Of a DNA stretch of 64,000 nt, positions 53,426 to 63,078 are shown one piece after another. Location of the stretch: NCBI GenBank assembly GCA_051715345.1, contig JBPXJQ010000049.1, forward strand, positions 20,015 through 84,014, in the 5' to 3' direction. The notes below the pieces were generated by a model. That model ran no database searches. It saw only the letters and a program-made list of their open reading frames with translations, and had not been told where the DNA came from. The position numbers and the translations under genes were made by a program. The stretch's first letter is position 1; each line of letters starts with the position of its first letter. The stretch is from Candidatus Blackallbacteria bacterium. GTDB taxonomy: Bacteria; Cyanobacteriota; Sericytochromatia; UBA7694.

Positions 53426-54714
53426 TGTTGAATATGCTCCTGAATTTGATGCAAGTGACTTTCCCAGGCGGCATAACCAGCAGGTTCAGATGGGTAGCTT
53501 TTAAAATGTTTGTGCAGATCCCCGGCCCAGTTCAGACGGTGATTAAAGCGCAGCAAGAGCGAGGGGTTTGAGGCTCCCCGCAACCCTTTTTGGAGTTTTT
53601 GCATGGTGCTGAAATCCAAAATTTTGCCTCCCAGCGCACTGCGGATATCGTCAGCGGTGATGATATCACGTTCAAAGGCAAACTCCATATTTTCAACACT
53701 TTCATTCATCAGAATCATGCGCATCACGTCTTGATAGGCCAATTGGGCGCCGACATCGCGCTGATAGTTCAAATTATACTCCCAAAGCCGCTCCAGACTC
53801 AGATCCTGTTCGGCCAAGGCGATTTTGGCCACCTCTGCCAGGGCCTTTGCGCCTTTGAGACCTGCAGAAATGCCCCCTCCGCGCACAGAATTGACCATAA
53901 ATGCCGCATCGCCAACGGTTGCAAAGCTGTTGGTTACCATATTGGTGAGTGGGTAGCGCAAAGGGATTTTGCCCAGGTTTTCTTGGCTGACTTCACCCAC
54001 GTCCCAACCAAATTGTTCAATCGCCTGATCCAAGATCACTTTGACCTGCTCAGGTTCCACCCGCGACATCATGCCCACGCCGATGTCATTGGGAGATCGC
54101 CAAACATAACCCCCTTCAACCGAAAAATAGATATGCAATTCAGAGTCGCCCGTTTGGCTCTGACACATGCGGCGATAGGCAATGCCATATTCGCTTTCGA
54201 GGGTCAGTGGGTGTTCGGACAGTGGCAGCCCCAAATCCGCCAATTGACTGCTGAGCACCTGATGCATCCCCGAGGCATCGATAATTAACCGGGCTTTGAG
54301 TTGCTCGCCAGTTCTGAGCTCGACTCCGCTCACCCGGTTATTTTCTACCAAGGGCCCTTTGACTTCGGCCTGGAGATAGCTGAGATTGTTTTCCAGCGCT
54401 TCGTGTAAGAGGCGCTGTAAAAGTGCATGGCCATTCACCAAAATGGAGGAAAAATCGATCGGTTTTTTAATTCTGGCCGAAGGTGAATAGGCATAAAACT
54501 GATCGAGTAAATGCAGGAGTTCGTCTCCCTGTGGGCGTTCCATCGCGGTTTTGGAAAAGGTATCGACATCGAGCATCACACTTACAAAGCGGGCTCCCAA
54601 TTCGAATTCGGGGTGACGGTCGATCAGCAGGACTTTGTAGCCCGCTTCGCTGAGGATCTTTGCGCAAAAAACGCCGCTAAATCCACCGCCTGTAATAATC
54701 ACATCCAAGCTCAT
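53422..54714 (-). CDS. FAD-dependent oxidoreductase, geranylgeranyl-reductase-like family
   Basis: It has VIITGGGFSGVFCAKIL (GxGxxG), a DAAFMVNSVRGGGI FAD motif, and an LIIDASG. Its stop overlaps the nucleotidyltransferase start in ATGA style. Confidence 0.65.
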   Translation of the reverse strand: MSLDVIITGGGFSGVFCAKILSEAGYKVLLIDRHPEFELGARFVSVMLDVDTFSKTAMERPQGDELLHLLDQFYAYSPSARIKKPIDFSSILVNGHALLQRLLHEALENNLSYLQAEVKGPLVENNRVSGVELRTGEQLKARLIIDASGMHQVLSSQLADLGLPLSEHPLTLESEYGIAYRRMCQSQTGDSELHIYFSVEGGYVWRSPNDIGVGMMSRVEPEQVKVILDQAIEQFGWDVGEVSQENLGKIPLRYPLTNMVTNSFATVGDAAFMVNSVRGGGISAGLKGAKALAEVAKIALAEQDLSLERLWEYNLNYQRDVGAQLAYQDVMRMILMNESVENMEFAFERDIITADDIRSALGGKILDFSTMQKLQKGLRGASNPSLLLRFNHRLNWAGDLHKHFKSYPSEPAGYAAWESHLHQIQEHIQQ

Positions 54715-54728
54715 GACTCAAGCTTCCT

Positions 54729-57452
54729 TTAATCTGTGGTGAGTGTGGTTGGTGCCCCGGCCACCACCAAGGTGCAGGCCGCAGGCTGAAGATGTTTTTG
54801 GGCCGCAGCTTGAATCGACTCAGGGGTGAGTGCTTCCAAGCGCTGCCAATGGTCTTCTAAATGTTTCTCGGGCCAGGCGTAAATTTCACGTTGCAGCAAA
54901 AATCCGACGCGCTGGTCGTTGGTTTCAAAGCGAAAGGGCAATCGCCCGCTGAGATAGGCACGGGACCGGTCCAATTCCAATTGGCTAATTCCGTCATTTA
55001 AGAGCTTTTCGACCTCTTCGCGCATGGCTTTGAGACCGGGGGCCACCCCTTCTGGACGGGTTTCCATCCAGGCCATAAAGACGCCAGGATAGAGACCTGC
55101 ACTGCCCGTAATCGAGGCCCCAGCGCTGTAAGCCAGGCCCTCTTGCTCGCGTAAACGTGCTGGCAAGCGTGAAGTAAAACCAGGGCCGGCTCCCAAGACC
55201 AAGTCGAGAATCTGCAAGGCGGCAAAATCGCTGTGGCGACGATCCACGCCCAAATGACCCCAATAAACTTGGCATTGTTCTTTGCCCGGCAGATGAATTT
55301 GCTGAAAAGAAGGGGTATTTTGGCGCAGGGGCAGGGGATAATGGGGGGCGATGCCTTTGGCCGGAGAAAAATCGTGCCAAATTTCGGCGAGTTGGGCCAG
55401 GGTCTCTTTGGCAGAAACCGCACCTGACAGGGCCAAAATTGCCCCCTGAGAGCCATACCAGGTCTGGTAAAACTGCCGCACGTCTTTTGCTTGCAGCGGT
55501 TCGACACTGCTGATCATGCCACTTTCAGGTCTTGAGGCCGGAAAATCACCATAGATCGACTTGTAAAAGGCCCGACTGGCCAAATACGAGGCCTGTTCTT
55601 CTGCTGCTTCGAGGTCGGTTAAAATCAGGCGTTTTTCACGCAAAATTTCGACTTCGTCCAAAGCCGGTGAACCCAAAATTTCGCGCATCAAATGCAAAGC
55701 CGTGTCTTGATGTTTGGCCAAAATTTCAAAACTCAAAAAACTGCCACTCAGGCCAGTTGCCACACTCAGGCTGCCGCCCAATGATTCCAAATAGCGTGAG
55801 AGGGCCACACCGGGTTTGGCTTGGGTGCCTTTGATCAGGGCCGAGGCTGTCAGATTGGCCAGACCTTGCTGTTTGATGGGGTCGTGCAGGCTCCCCGCTG
55901 GCCAAAAGACCTCCAAAGACAGGGTGGGAATGCGCATGTTTTCGTGTACCAACAGCGTCATGCCATTCGGCAAAGACAGCTTTTCGGCATGTAAGCTGGG
56001 AAACCAGAGATGGGGGGCGGGCAGGGGTTTTTCGGTAAAACTCATGCTGCGGTGGGCCTGGGGGCGGGAGTGGGTGCGATCAGCCAGGGGGGCTGCCGAA
56101 GATTCCCCTTCTTGATCGGGGTCAGAATGTTCGGGCATGAGCCAACCGACTGTGCGGCGCTCTGGAGCCAGCCAGTTCAGGGCCACGCGGGTGATATCTT
56201 CCACTTTGACAGCCTGAATCTGGGGCACAAAATCATGAATCAATTGCCAGCGGGCCAAACTTGCCAACTCACCCAGCACCTCGGCCTGGTCTTCAGCGGT
56301 TTCTTGACTGAGGTAAAAGTCGGTCAACATCTGGTTTTGGGCCTTGGTTAAATGGGCAAAATCCCACTCCCCGTTTTGGACCTTGGTCAGGGCCTTGAAA
56401 AGTGCGGCTTCGGTCTGGGCCAAGGGAATCCCTGAATGTCCATCCACAGCAATCCAAAACAGATAGGGCTGTTCTGTTTCAAAACAGGCGGCGTCGATAT
56501 CTGTGGCCACTTGTTCCTCTTCCACCAAGGTTTGATAGAGCAGCGAACTGAGGCCTTCGGCCAGGATGTACTGCAGCAAACTCAGGGCATAATAATCGGG
56601 ATGGGTCAAGGCTGGCGCTGGCCAAGCGACGACCAAACGCGGCAGGGTCACATCGGCCTGGGTCAGACTGACCCGGCGTTCAGCAATTTGCAGCGGTTCC
56701 GCTTGGTATTGGCGCGGTGGCAATTTACCTGCGGGCAAGGCCCCGAAATAGTGTTTGACGCGTTCAAGTGCCTGATCGGTTTGAATATCGCCGACGATCA
56801 CCAGGGTGGCATTGTTGGGGTGGTACCACTTTTGGTAATAGGCCCGCAATTCTTCAGGGCTGAGGTTTTTAATGTCGTCGACCCAGCCCAGCACCGGATT
56901 GCGGTAGGCGTGTGTGGTTAACGCGGCCTGGGTCACGGCCTCCCAGAGGTTTTCTTCGGGATCGTCTTTGGACGTGCGCCACTCTTCGAGAATCACCTGG
57001 CGCTCAGCTTCGATCTCGATCGGATCAAGCAGGCAATTTAACATGCGGTCGGCTTCAATTTCGAGTGCGATTTCCCAGCGGTCCGAAGCAAAATTAAAAT
57101 AATAAGCGGTATTGTCAATCCAGGTATAGGCGTTGTTTTCACCCCCACCCGACAGGGTCAGTCGGTCGATTTCGCCCCGTGGAAAAAGCCGGGTGCCTTT
57201 AAACAGCATATGCTCCAAAAAATGAGAGACCCCGGTGGGGGAGCCCGCTTCGTTGCCTGAGCCGGTGTGATACCAAATCATGACCGTCACCACGGGCAGA
57301 GCTGAGTCTGCTCTGAGTAAGACACGCAAACCGTTGTCCAGGTGGCTTTCTTGGACATCGGCAAAAAGGTCAGTTGGAAAAGGGGATTCAGGCGTTAGAC
57401 TCATGATTGCAACAGTATACCGCAATTGGGGGGGGCGGGCCTGTGATCGCAC
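54729..57452 (-). CDS. Tandem-domain M16 (pitrilysin/insulinase) family zinc peptidase
   Basis: 907 aa with an HFLEH (HxxEH) zinc motif near the N-terminus and a second inactive-like M16 half. A possible alternative start lies at MSLTPESPF, 16 codons downstream. Confidence 0.8.
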   Translation of the reverse strand: MRSQARPPQLRYTVAIMSLTPESPFPTDLFADVQESHLDNGLRVLLRADSALPVVTVMIWYHTGSGNEAGSPTGVSHFLEHMLFKGTRLFPRGEIDRLTLSGGGENNAYTWIDNTAYYFNFASDRWEIALEIEADRMLNCLLDPIEIEAERQVILEEWRTSKDDPEENLWEAVTQAALTTHAYRNPVLGWVDDIKNLSPEELRAYYQKWYHPNNATLVIVGDIQTDQALERVKHYFGALPAGKLPPRQYQAEPLQIAERRVSLTQADVTLPRLVVAWPAPALTHPDYYALSLLQYILAEGLSSLLYQTLVEEEQVATDIDAACFETEQPYLFWIAVDGHSGIPLAQTEAALFKALTKVQNGEWDFAHLTKAQNQMLTDFYLSQETAEDQAEVLGELASLARWQLIHDFVPQIQAVKVEDITRVALNWLAPERRTVGWLMPEHSDPDQEGESSAAPLADRTHSRPQAHRSMSFTEKPLPAPHLWFPSLHAEKLSLPNGMTLLVHENMRIPTLSLEVFWPAGSLHDPIKQQGLANLTASALIKGTQAKPGVALSRYLESLGGSLSVATGLSGSFLSFEILAKHQDTALHLMREILGSPALDEVEILREKRLILTDLEAAEEQASYLASRAFYKSIYGDFPASRPESGMISSVEPLQAKDVRQFYQTWYGSQGAILALSGAVSAKETLAQLAEIWHDFSPAKGIAPHYPLPLRQNTPSFQQIHLPGKEQCQVYWGHLGVDRRHSDFAALQILDLVLGAGPGFTSRLPARLREQEGLAYSAGASITGSAGLYPGVFMAWMETRPEGVAPGLKAMREEVEKLLNDGISQLELDRSRAYLSGRLPFRFETNDQRVGFLLQREIYAWPEKHLEDHWQRLEALTPESIQAAAQKHLQPAACTLVVAGAPTTLTTD

Positions 57453-57519
57453 TTTTGCGCATTTTTGGATTTAGCGGGTACAATGAAGTAATTTCACAGA
57501 ATCAAGAGGGTGCCTTTTT

Positions 57520-59511
57520 ATGAGTCAAACGCAGCCATCCAGACAAGGACAGGCCGGTTTCCGCATTGGTGAACTGCTGGTACGCGAAGGCTATCTCACC
57601 ATGGATGCCCTGAACAAAGTCCTGGCGATTCAAAAGCAGCAAAAAGAGGCCCTGAGCGGTGAATACAAGCCCTTCGGACAGATTTGTCTGGAGCTGAAAC
57701 TGATCACCCGTGAAGAGTTACAGCGCTTTCTGAAAAAATACAACAAACGCATTTACCTGGGTGAATTGCTCGTGAATATGGGGCTGATCACGATCAAACA
57801 CGTGGACCTGATTCTCAACCAACAAAAACAAAGTGGCAAACGCTTTGGTGAGCTGTTGGTGGAACAGAAAATCATCACCGAATCCCAATTGACCGACGCC
57901 CTTTCGACCCAATTGGATGTGCCCAAAATTATCCCTTCGCTGCAATTGATGGACCGCTCGCTGATGGACGGCATGTCTGAGCAATTTGTGCGCTCCAATC
58001 AGTTTTTGCCAGTCTACAAAGAGGGGGACCAACTCACGGTCGTGATGGCCGACCCTGCCAATCAGGATCTGGTCAAAGAACTGGAACACCAATTGCAATT
58101 GCGGATTGCCCCCGCCATTGCCCCTGCCTCTGAAATTTCCCGCACGATCAACGAGTATTACCACAGCTCGACTTCGATCGACAAAAAAATGGATCCGAAT
58201 TTGGAGCAGGTCAAACTCGAAGGCATTCAGCCCGAAGCCGAAGACAAAGCCAGTTCTCAAGACAATTCAGCGGCCATTGCCAATTTCTTGATCTCCAATG
58301 CCATGAAAGACCGGGCTTCGGATATTCACGTCGAACCCCAAGAAAAATATATCCGCATCCGCTACCGCATTGACGGGGTTTTGCACCACAAAACCGACCT
58401 TCCCAGCAATTTGGGTCCGGCCCTGGTCACCCGCCTGAAAAAGGTCTGCCGCCTCAATCCCGACGATGTCAAAGCCTATCAAGATGGGCGCGTGGTCGGA
58501 GATATTGCTGGCAGCAAAATCGAAATCCGGGTCTCGACCTATCCCAGCATCTGGGGCGAAAACGTGGTCATTCAATTGCAGGACAAAGAGAGCACTTTCC
58601 AAGATCTGCTCTTAAATATGGACCGCACAGGCTTTTCGCCACTGTATATTCAGCGCTACCAAAAGATCCTCAACCAACCCGGTGGGATTGTAATTGTGAC
58701 CGGCCCTGCCAATACCGGCAAGACCACCACGCTTTACGCCTCAATCAATTACCTCAATCAACAGAACCGCTCGATCATCACGGCCGAAGATCCGATTGAA
58801 CGGCCCGTGCCTGGCACGGTTCAGGGGGCCTATAACCCCGATTCGGGTATCAGCTACGCAGACATGATTCTGGCCATGTTGAAACAGGATCCAGATATTC
58901 TTGTGGTGGGAGAAGTCAAAGACAAAGCCACCATGGGTGCTGTGGTCGAAGCCGCGCTCTCAGGCTCCAAGGTGCTCACCACCTATCCGGCCTTTGACGC
59001 CACGGGCGCGCTTTTGCGCTTGATGAATCTGGGGCTGGAAGACTATTTGATTGCCTCCAGCAATATCACAGTCATGAACCAGCGTTTGGTGCGCCGCCTC
59101 TGTGATTCTTGTAAAGCCACTTATACCCCCAAGAAAGAGACCTTTAATCTCTTGGGTCTGGTCGATGTCGATCCCTCTTCGTATGAATTTTACCGGCCAG
59201 TGGGTTGCCCCGAGTGCAGCCAACACGGTTTTAAAGGCCAGACAGCGATTCACGAATTGTTGCAGATCAACGAAGCGATTCGTGAGGCCCTGATCGAGCG
59301 CAAACCCGCCGCCACCATTCGCGGGATCGCCAGAACCGAAGCCAAATTGGTGAGCATGGCCGAAGACGGTCTTTACAAGGCCATCGAAGGCATGACCTCG
59401 GTCGAAGAAGTCCAGCGCGTGGCCTTTGTCAATGAATACGATTCACAAACCCCCTGGGAAGCTGAAGAGATCTACCAGATCTGTTCTGGCCTGGAACCCG
59501 AATACCTGTGA
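57520..59511 (+). CDS. Atypical GspE/PilB-family secretion ATPase, paralog 2, with three N-terminal MshEN-like (c-di-GMP-binding type) repeats
   Basis: It has three repeats of the ~24-aa motif (FRIGELLVREGYLTMDALNKVLAIQ / IYLGELLVNMGLITIKHVDLILNQQ / KRFGELLVEQKIITESQLTDALSTQ). There follow the GSPII_E N domain (FVRSNQFLPVY), N2E HVEPQEKYIRIRYRIDGVL, Walker A TGPANTGKTTTL, Asp box TAEDPIER and tetra-Cys CDSC...CPEC. Confidence 0.85.
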   Translation: MSQTQPSRQGQAGFRIGELLVREGYLTMDALNKVLAIQKQQKEALSGEYKPFGQICLELKLITREELQRFLKKYNKRIYLGELLVNMGLITIKHVDLILNQQKQSGKRFGELLVEQKIITESQLTDALSTQLDVPKIIPSLQLMDRSLMDGMSEQFVRSNQFLPVYKEGDQLTVVMADPANQDLVKELEHQLQLRIAPAIAPASEISRTINEYYHSSTSIDKKMDPNLEQVKLEGIQPEAEDKASSQDNSAAIANFLISNAMKDRASDIHVEPQEKYIRIRYRIDGVLHHKTDLPSNLGPALVTRLKKVCRLNPDDVKAYQDGRVVGDIAGSKIEIRVSTYPSIWGENVVIQLQDKESTFQDLLLNMDRTGFSPLYIQRYQKILNQPGGIVIVTGPANTGKTTTLYASINYLNQQNRSIITAEDPIERPVPGTVQGAYNPDSGISYADMILAMLKQDPDILVVGEVKDKATMGAVVEAALSGSKVLTTYPAFDATGALLRLMNLGLEDYLIASSNITVMNQRLVRRLCDSCKATYTPKKETFNLLGLVDVDPSSYEFYRPVGCPECSQHGFKGQTAIHELLQINEAIREALIERKPAATIRGIARTEAKLVSMAEDGLYKAIEGMTSVEEVQRVAFVNEYDSQTPWEAEEIYQICSGLEPEYL

Positions 59512-60614
59512 GTTTGCGCCGCTCTGCCCCCGGCATTCGGCTCTCACGTTTATTCTGGCTTTTTGCCTGCCTATTCTGGGCCAGCTTATGCTGGGCCGGG
59601 GACAGTTTCGCCAACGACAGCAGTATTGCGTTTGAGGCGGGACTGCCCCGGCTCCAGTCTGAAAAAGATGTGGACATGGTGGCTGAGAAATTGGTCTTTT
59701 CTTTTCGGCCCCCACAGCGCTTGCCCGTCGGTAAGGCCTGCCCAGCTTGGAGCCGGGTCTACGAGGGTTTTTGCGAGATTCCCAGCCACTGGGTGGCCGA
59801 GCTAAAGTACACCTTTCGCAACCGGGGTCCGGCACGCAAATTACAGATCGGCCTGCCTTTTGACATGCCCCCCTGCCCCCCAGAAAGTGATATCAACGGG
59901 CCCAAGGCCTGTGACCCGATTGAAAATTTTGGCACCTGGCTTGATGGCCAACGGGTGCCCGTCACGTTTTTAAACCAAACCTGGCAAGAGGCGATTCCCT
60001 TTAACCGGGTCTATCTCTCCGAGGTGCCTTTTGCCAGGGGGCAAACCCGCGTCTTGCGCCACCAATACCTGAGTTACCACCAATCGGGCATTGGCGGGGA
60101 GCGCTTTCGCTATTTGTTGCGCACGGGCAGTACCTGGGGTCAACCGATTGAAAAGGTAGAAATCGCCTTTGAATTGCCGCCCCAACTCGGCCCCTGCGCC
60201 CTGAGCAATTTGCCTTTTCAACGGCTGGGGAATTGGCTCAAGATTGATTTGCACCATTGGCGTCCAGAGCGCGATCTGGAAATCGCCTTTGCCTCCCGTG
60301 AGCGGGCACTGCTTGGGACCGCCTTTCATCCCTATGGCCAAGCAGCGGAAGCGGATCTCTGCGCAGAGGCCCGCGCTTTGGACCCTCAAACACGTCAAAC
60401 CCTGGTGGATCAGGTCAAACGTCTCTATGGGGCCCCAGCCAGTTCCACCCCCCAACTCGCAGGTGATGCTTGGCCGCTTTGCGCCAATGCCGATTATCTC
60501 TCTCCCTACCGCGACACAGGTTTTGCCCTGCCCTTTTTGCCGGATCCAGCTTGGCCCAGCAATCTGCCCAGCGGGCTGGCAATCTGTTTAAAAGAATTGG
60601 ACAATCAACCATGA
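59508..60614 (+). CDS. Secreted hypothetical protein translationally coupled (GTGA) to ATPase paralog 2
   Basis: It has a signal peptide MSLRRSAPGIRLSRLFWLFACLFWASLCWAG and six or more Cys residues. No domain recognised. Confidence 0.5.
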   Translation: MSLRRSAPGIRLSRLFWLFACLFWASLCWAGDSFANDSSIAFEAGLPRLQSEKDVDMVAEKLVFSFRPPQRLPVGKACPAWSRVYEGFCEIPSHWVAELKYTFRNRGPARKLQIGLPFDMPPCPPESDINGPKACDPIENFGTWLDGQRVPVTFLNQTWQEAIPFNRVYLSEVPFARGQTRVLRHQYLSYHQSGIGGERFRYLLRTGSTWGQPIEKVEIAFELPPQLGPCALSNLPFQRLGNWLKIDLHHWRPERDLEIAFASRERALLGTAFHPYGQAAEADLCAEARALDPQTRQTLVDQVKRLYGAPASSTPQLAGDAWPLCANADYLSPYRDTGFALPFLPDPAWPSNLPSGLAICLKELDNQP

Positions 60615-61744
60615 ACAATGCCGAACAGATTCCCACAGCCATCCAAAGCTTGCAACTTTCCCTGGGCCCTCACAACAGCTCAGAAATTCGCATTGGCGCA
60701 GGTATTTTGGCTCACCTCCCCGAGTGGCTGCCCAAAGACAGCGCCGATCCCCATGTGGTGCTGGTGGCGGACGCTTTTTTAAGCGCTCAGGCCGAAGTGC
60801 TTCAGGCGGCTTTCTTGGCTCAGGGCTGGCGTGCAGACCTGATTCAGGTGCAGGTCAGTGAAGCTTTTAAAGATTTGGAAAAGCTCTTGCCACTTTACGG
60901 CCAATTGCTCGAAGCCAAAACCCATCGTCGCTCCTGGCTCTTGGCCCTGGGCGGCGGCGTGATCGGCGACGCCGCGGGTTTTCTCGCTGCCAGTTATATG
61001 CGCGGGATTCGCTGGGTCAGCTTGCCTTCGACCTTGCTGGCCCAGGTCGACAGTGGCCTCGGCGGCAAAACGGGGGTCAATCATCCCGCAGGCAAAAACC
61101 TGATTGGGGCCTTTCATCAGCCCCGTTGGGTACTCTGTGATTCGGCATTATTGAACAGTTTGCCCGCCCGTGACGTGGTCTCGGGCCTGGGTGAAATGTT
61201 GAAATATGGCTTGATCTACGATGCCGCCTTTTTTGACTGGCTGATGGCCCATTTGCAAGCCTTACAGGCCCTGGATGCAGATTGTTTGGTTGCTGCGATT
61301 GGCCGCTGTGTGGACTTTAAACTACAGGCCGTGGCCGCCGACGAACGCGACGAAAGCGGGGTGCGCGAAATCCTCAATTTTGGTCACACGGTGGGTCATG
61401 CACTGGAGAGTTTGAGTGATTATGGCTATTATCGCCACGGCGAAGCTGTGATTTTGGGCATGTGGGCTGCGATTGAAATCTCTGCCAGATCTGGCCTGCT
61501 GGCTGAGTCATGTGCAAAAGAGTTACAAAGCAGTCTCGAAAAATTAAAACTACCGCCCATTCCCGAAATTATCACCGACAATGCAATTTGGGCCAAGTTG
61601 CGCTACGACAAAAAAGCCGAGGGCAGTTCCCTGCGTCTGATTCTGCTCAAAAATCTGGGCCAACCTGTGGTCGTCAAAGACACCCCCGTGGCACTTATTC
61701 GGGAGGCGATTCAGGCACTTTTGAAGCGCTTTCAAGCCCTTTAA
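60611..61744 (+). CDS. aroB: 3-dehydroquinate synthase
   Basis: 377 aa starting at MNNAEQIPT; the ATG overlaps the upstream stop. It has a GGGVIGDAAGF NAD-binding motif and metal-binding His (NFGHTVGHALE). Confidence 0.85.
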   Translation: MNNAEQIPTAIQSLQLSLGPHNSSEIRIGAGILAHLPEWLPKDSADPHVVLVADAFLSAQAEVLQAAFLAQGWRADLIQVQVSEAFKDLEKLLPLYGQLLEAKTHRRSWLLALGGGVIGDAAGFLAASYMRGIRWVSLPSTLLAQVDSGLGGKTGVNHPAGKNLIGAFHQPRWVLCDSALLNSLPARDVVSGLGEMLKYGLIYDAAFFDWLMAHLQALQALDADCLVAAIGRCVDFKLQAVAADERDESGVREILNFGHTVGHALESLSDYGYYRHGEAVILGMWAAIEISARSGLLAESCAKELQSSLEKLKLPPIPEIITDNAIWAKLRYDKKAEGSSLRLILLKNLGQPVVVKDTPVALIREAIQALLKRFQAL

Positions 61745-62483
61745 AATAGTCCATCAGGCGCGTCAGCAAGAGCTGTTTGTGTCCGGCTGGTGCCAAACGT
61801 TCAAAGATCGCTTCAAAGCGATCCGCCAAAGGTGTAAAGGCGTAAAACAAGAGGTTTTGCCCTTGGCTGACCTCGGCCTGAATACGCAGGGCCTCTGAAT
61901 GGCACGTCAGTGGCAGCGGCTTCTTGCGCGCCATCATCTGCTGCAAAAAACCCGAGAGTGGCAGGGGCTTTTCGCCAGGCAGGCGTTTGCTAAAAAAATA
62001 GCCCATGGCCCGGCAGCTCAGCGGCCGATAGGCATAAACGGAGCAGCGCCCATCGATTAAGAGTGGGCAGCCGAGTTGGGCATAGGCATTGCGGGGGTGA
62101 CGGGGCCAGCCTTGGCTGTCAAAATCGGCTTCAGGAATCGCAGACACCTGGGCCTGCACCCGCGCGCGGGTTGTTTCGGGCATGTCTGAAAGCGCCACTT
62201 GCACCAGTTCCCATTCGGCCCGCGTGACTTCGGGCAAGGCATAGCTCTCGCAGCAACGGCTGCAGCCCTGGGCACAGCCAATATTGGGGTTGAGCTTTTG
62301 CAACCGGTCGGTGAGAATATCCACGGCCAGCAGGCATTGCTCCAGCAAGAGGTGATCCTTGATTTCTTCGGCCAAAAAATGCACGTCTTCAATCCAGGAC
62401 TTTTGCTCAGGGCTCAGTTGATCATACAGGGCCCGGATTTCGGGCTGCATTTGCTTGGGCGGTTCAGGGCGTGGCATGGGCAA
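61695..62483 (-). CDS. YkgJ-family (CxxCxxCC) putative Fe-S/zinc protein, copy 1
   Basis: It has the CAQGCSRCCES motif and further Cys residues (CPLLIDGRCSVYAYRPLSCR) typical of the YkgJ/UPF0153 family. Confidence 0.6.
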   Translation of the reverse strand: MPMPRPEPPKQMQPEIRALYDQLSPEQKSWIEDVHFLAEEIKDHLLLEQCLLAVDILTDRLQKLNPNIGCAQGCSRCCESYALPEVTRAEWELVQVALSDMPETTRARVQAQVSAIPEADFDSQGWPRHPRNAYAQLGCPLLIDGRCSVYAYRPLSCRAMGYFFSKRLPGEKPLPLSGFLQQMMARKKPLPLTCHSEALRIQAEVSQGQNLLFYAFTPLADRFEAIFERLAPAGHKQLLLTRLMDYFKGLESASKVPESPPE

Positions 62484-63069
62484 AATACCTCTCTAAAAAG
62501 ACCAATAAGCTCGATGCGGGTTTGCCATCTAAGGCTTCCAGGGTTTGAAACAGGGTTTCACGCGGAGGAAGATTTACAGGCGGGGCATCTGCCATTTTGA
62601 GTTGTTTTTCCCAGCGCTCTTTTTCCATGGTGCAGCTGTAGATCTCCTGCCAATTGCCGGGGTCGGAGTCGGCGAAAAGACGCGTATTGCCAAAGGTGCG
62701 GCAGGTCAATGGGCGCGCCGCATAGATCGAGCAGCGGCGGTCTTCCAAAAAAGGACAGGTGGTTTCAAACAAGGCCTCGCGCAAACTGACCAATTCGCCG
62801 CTTTTTAGGTTCTGACGCAGGCCCTGTTTGAGGGTCTCAAAGCGCTCTCTCACCCGGGCTGTAAAGGCCGAATCTTGTGCGAGCAGGGCTTCTATGCCCT
62901 GCCACTCCAGGGCATAGGTAATTGGGCTGCCATGGTGTTCACAGCAAAAAGAACAGCCTGCATGGCAGATCATCTCTGGGTTTTGGCTGTGAACTTCCTG
63001 CTGCAGTCGATCGGCCTCGGCAAACAAGGCATTCAGGGCTTCGGCCTGTGAGGCGGAAGTGGATTCCAT
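62464..63069 (-). CDS. YkgJ-family (CxxCxxCC) putative Fe-S/zinc protein, copy 2
   Basis: It has the CHAGCSFCCEH motif and a CPFLEDRRCSIYAARPLTCR segment. It is a paralog of the downstream gene. Confidence 0.6.
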   Translation of the reverse strand: MESTSASQAEALNALFAEADRLQQEVHSQNPEMICHAGCSFCCEHHGSPITYALEWQGIEALLAQDSAFTARVRERFETLKQGLRQNLKSGELVSLREALFETTCPFLEDRRCSIYAARPLTCRTFGNTRLFADSDPGNWQEIYSCTMEKERWEKQLKMADAPPVNLPPRETLFQTLEALDGKPASSLLVFLERYFAHATP

Positions 63070-63078
63070 CGGGCAACC

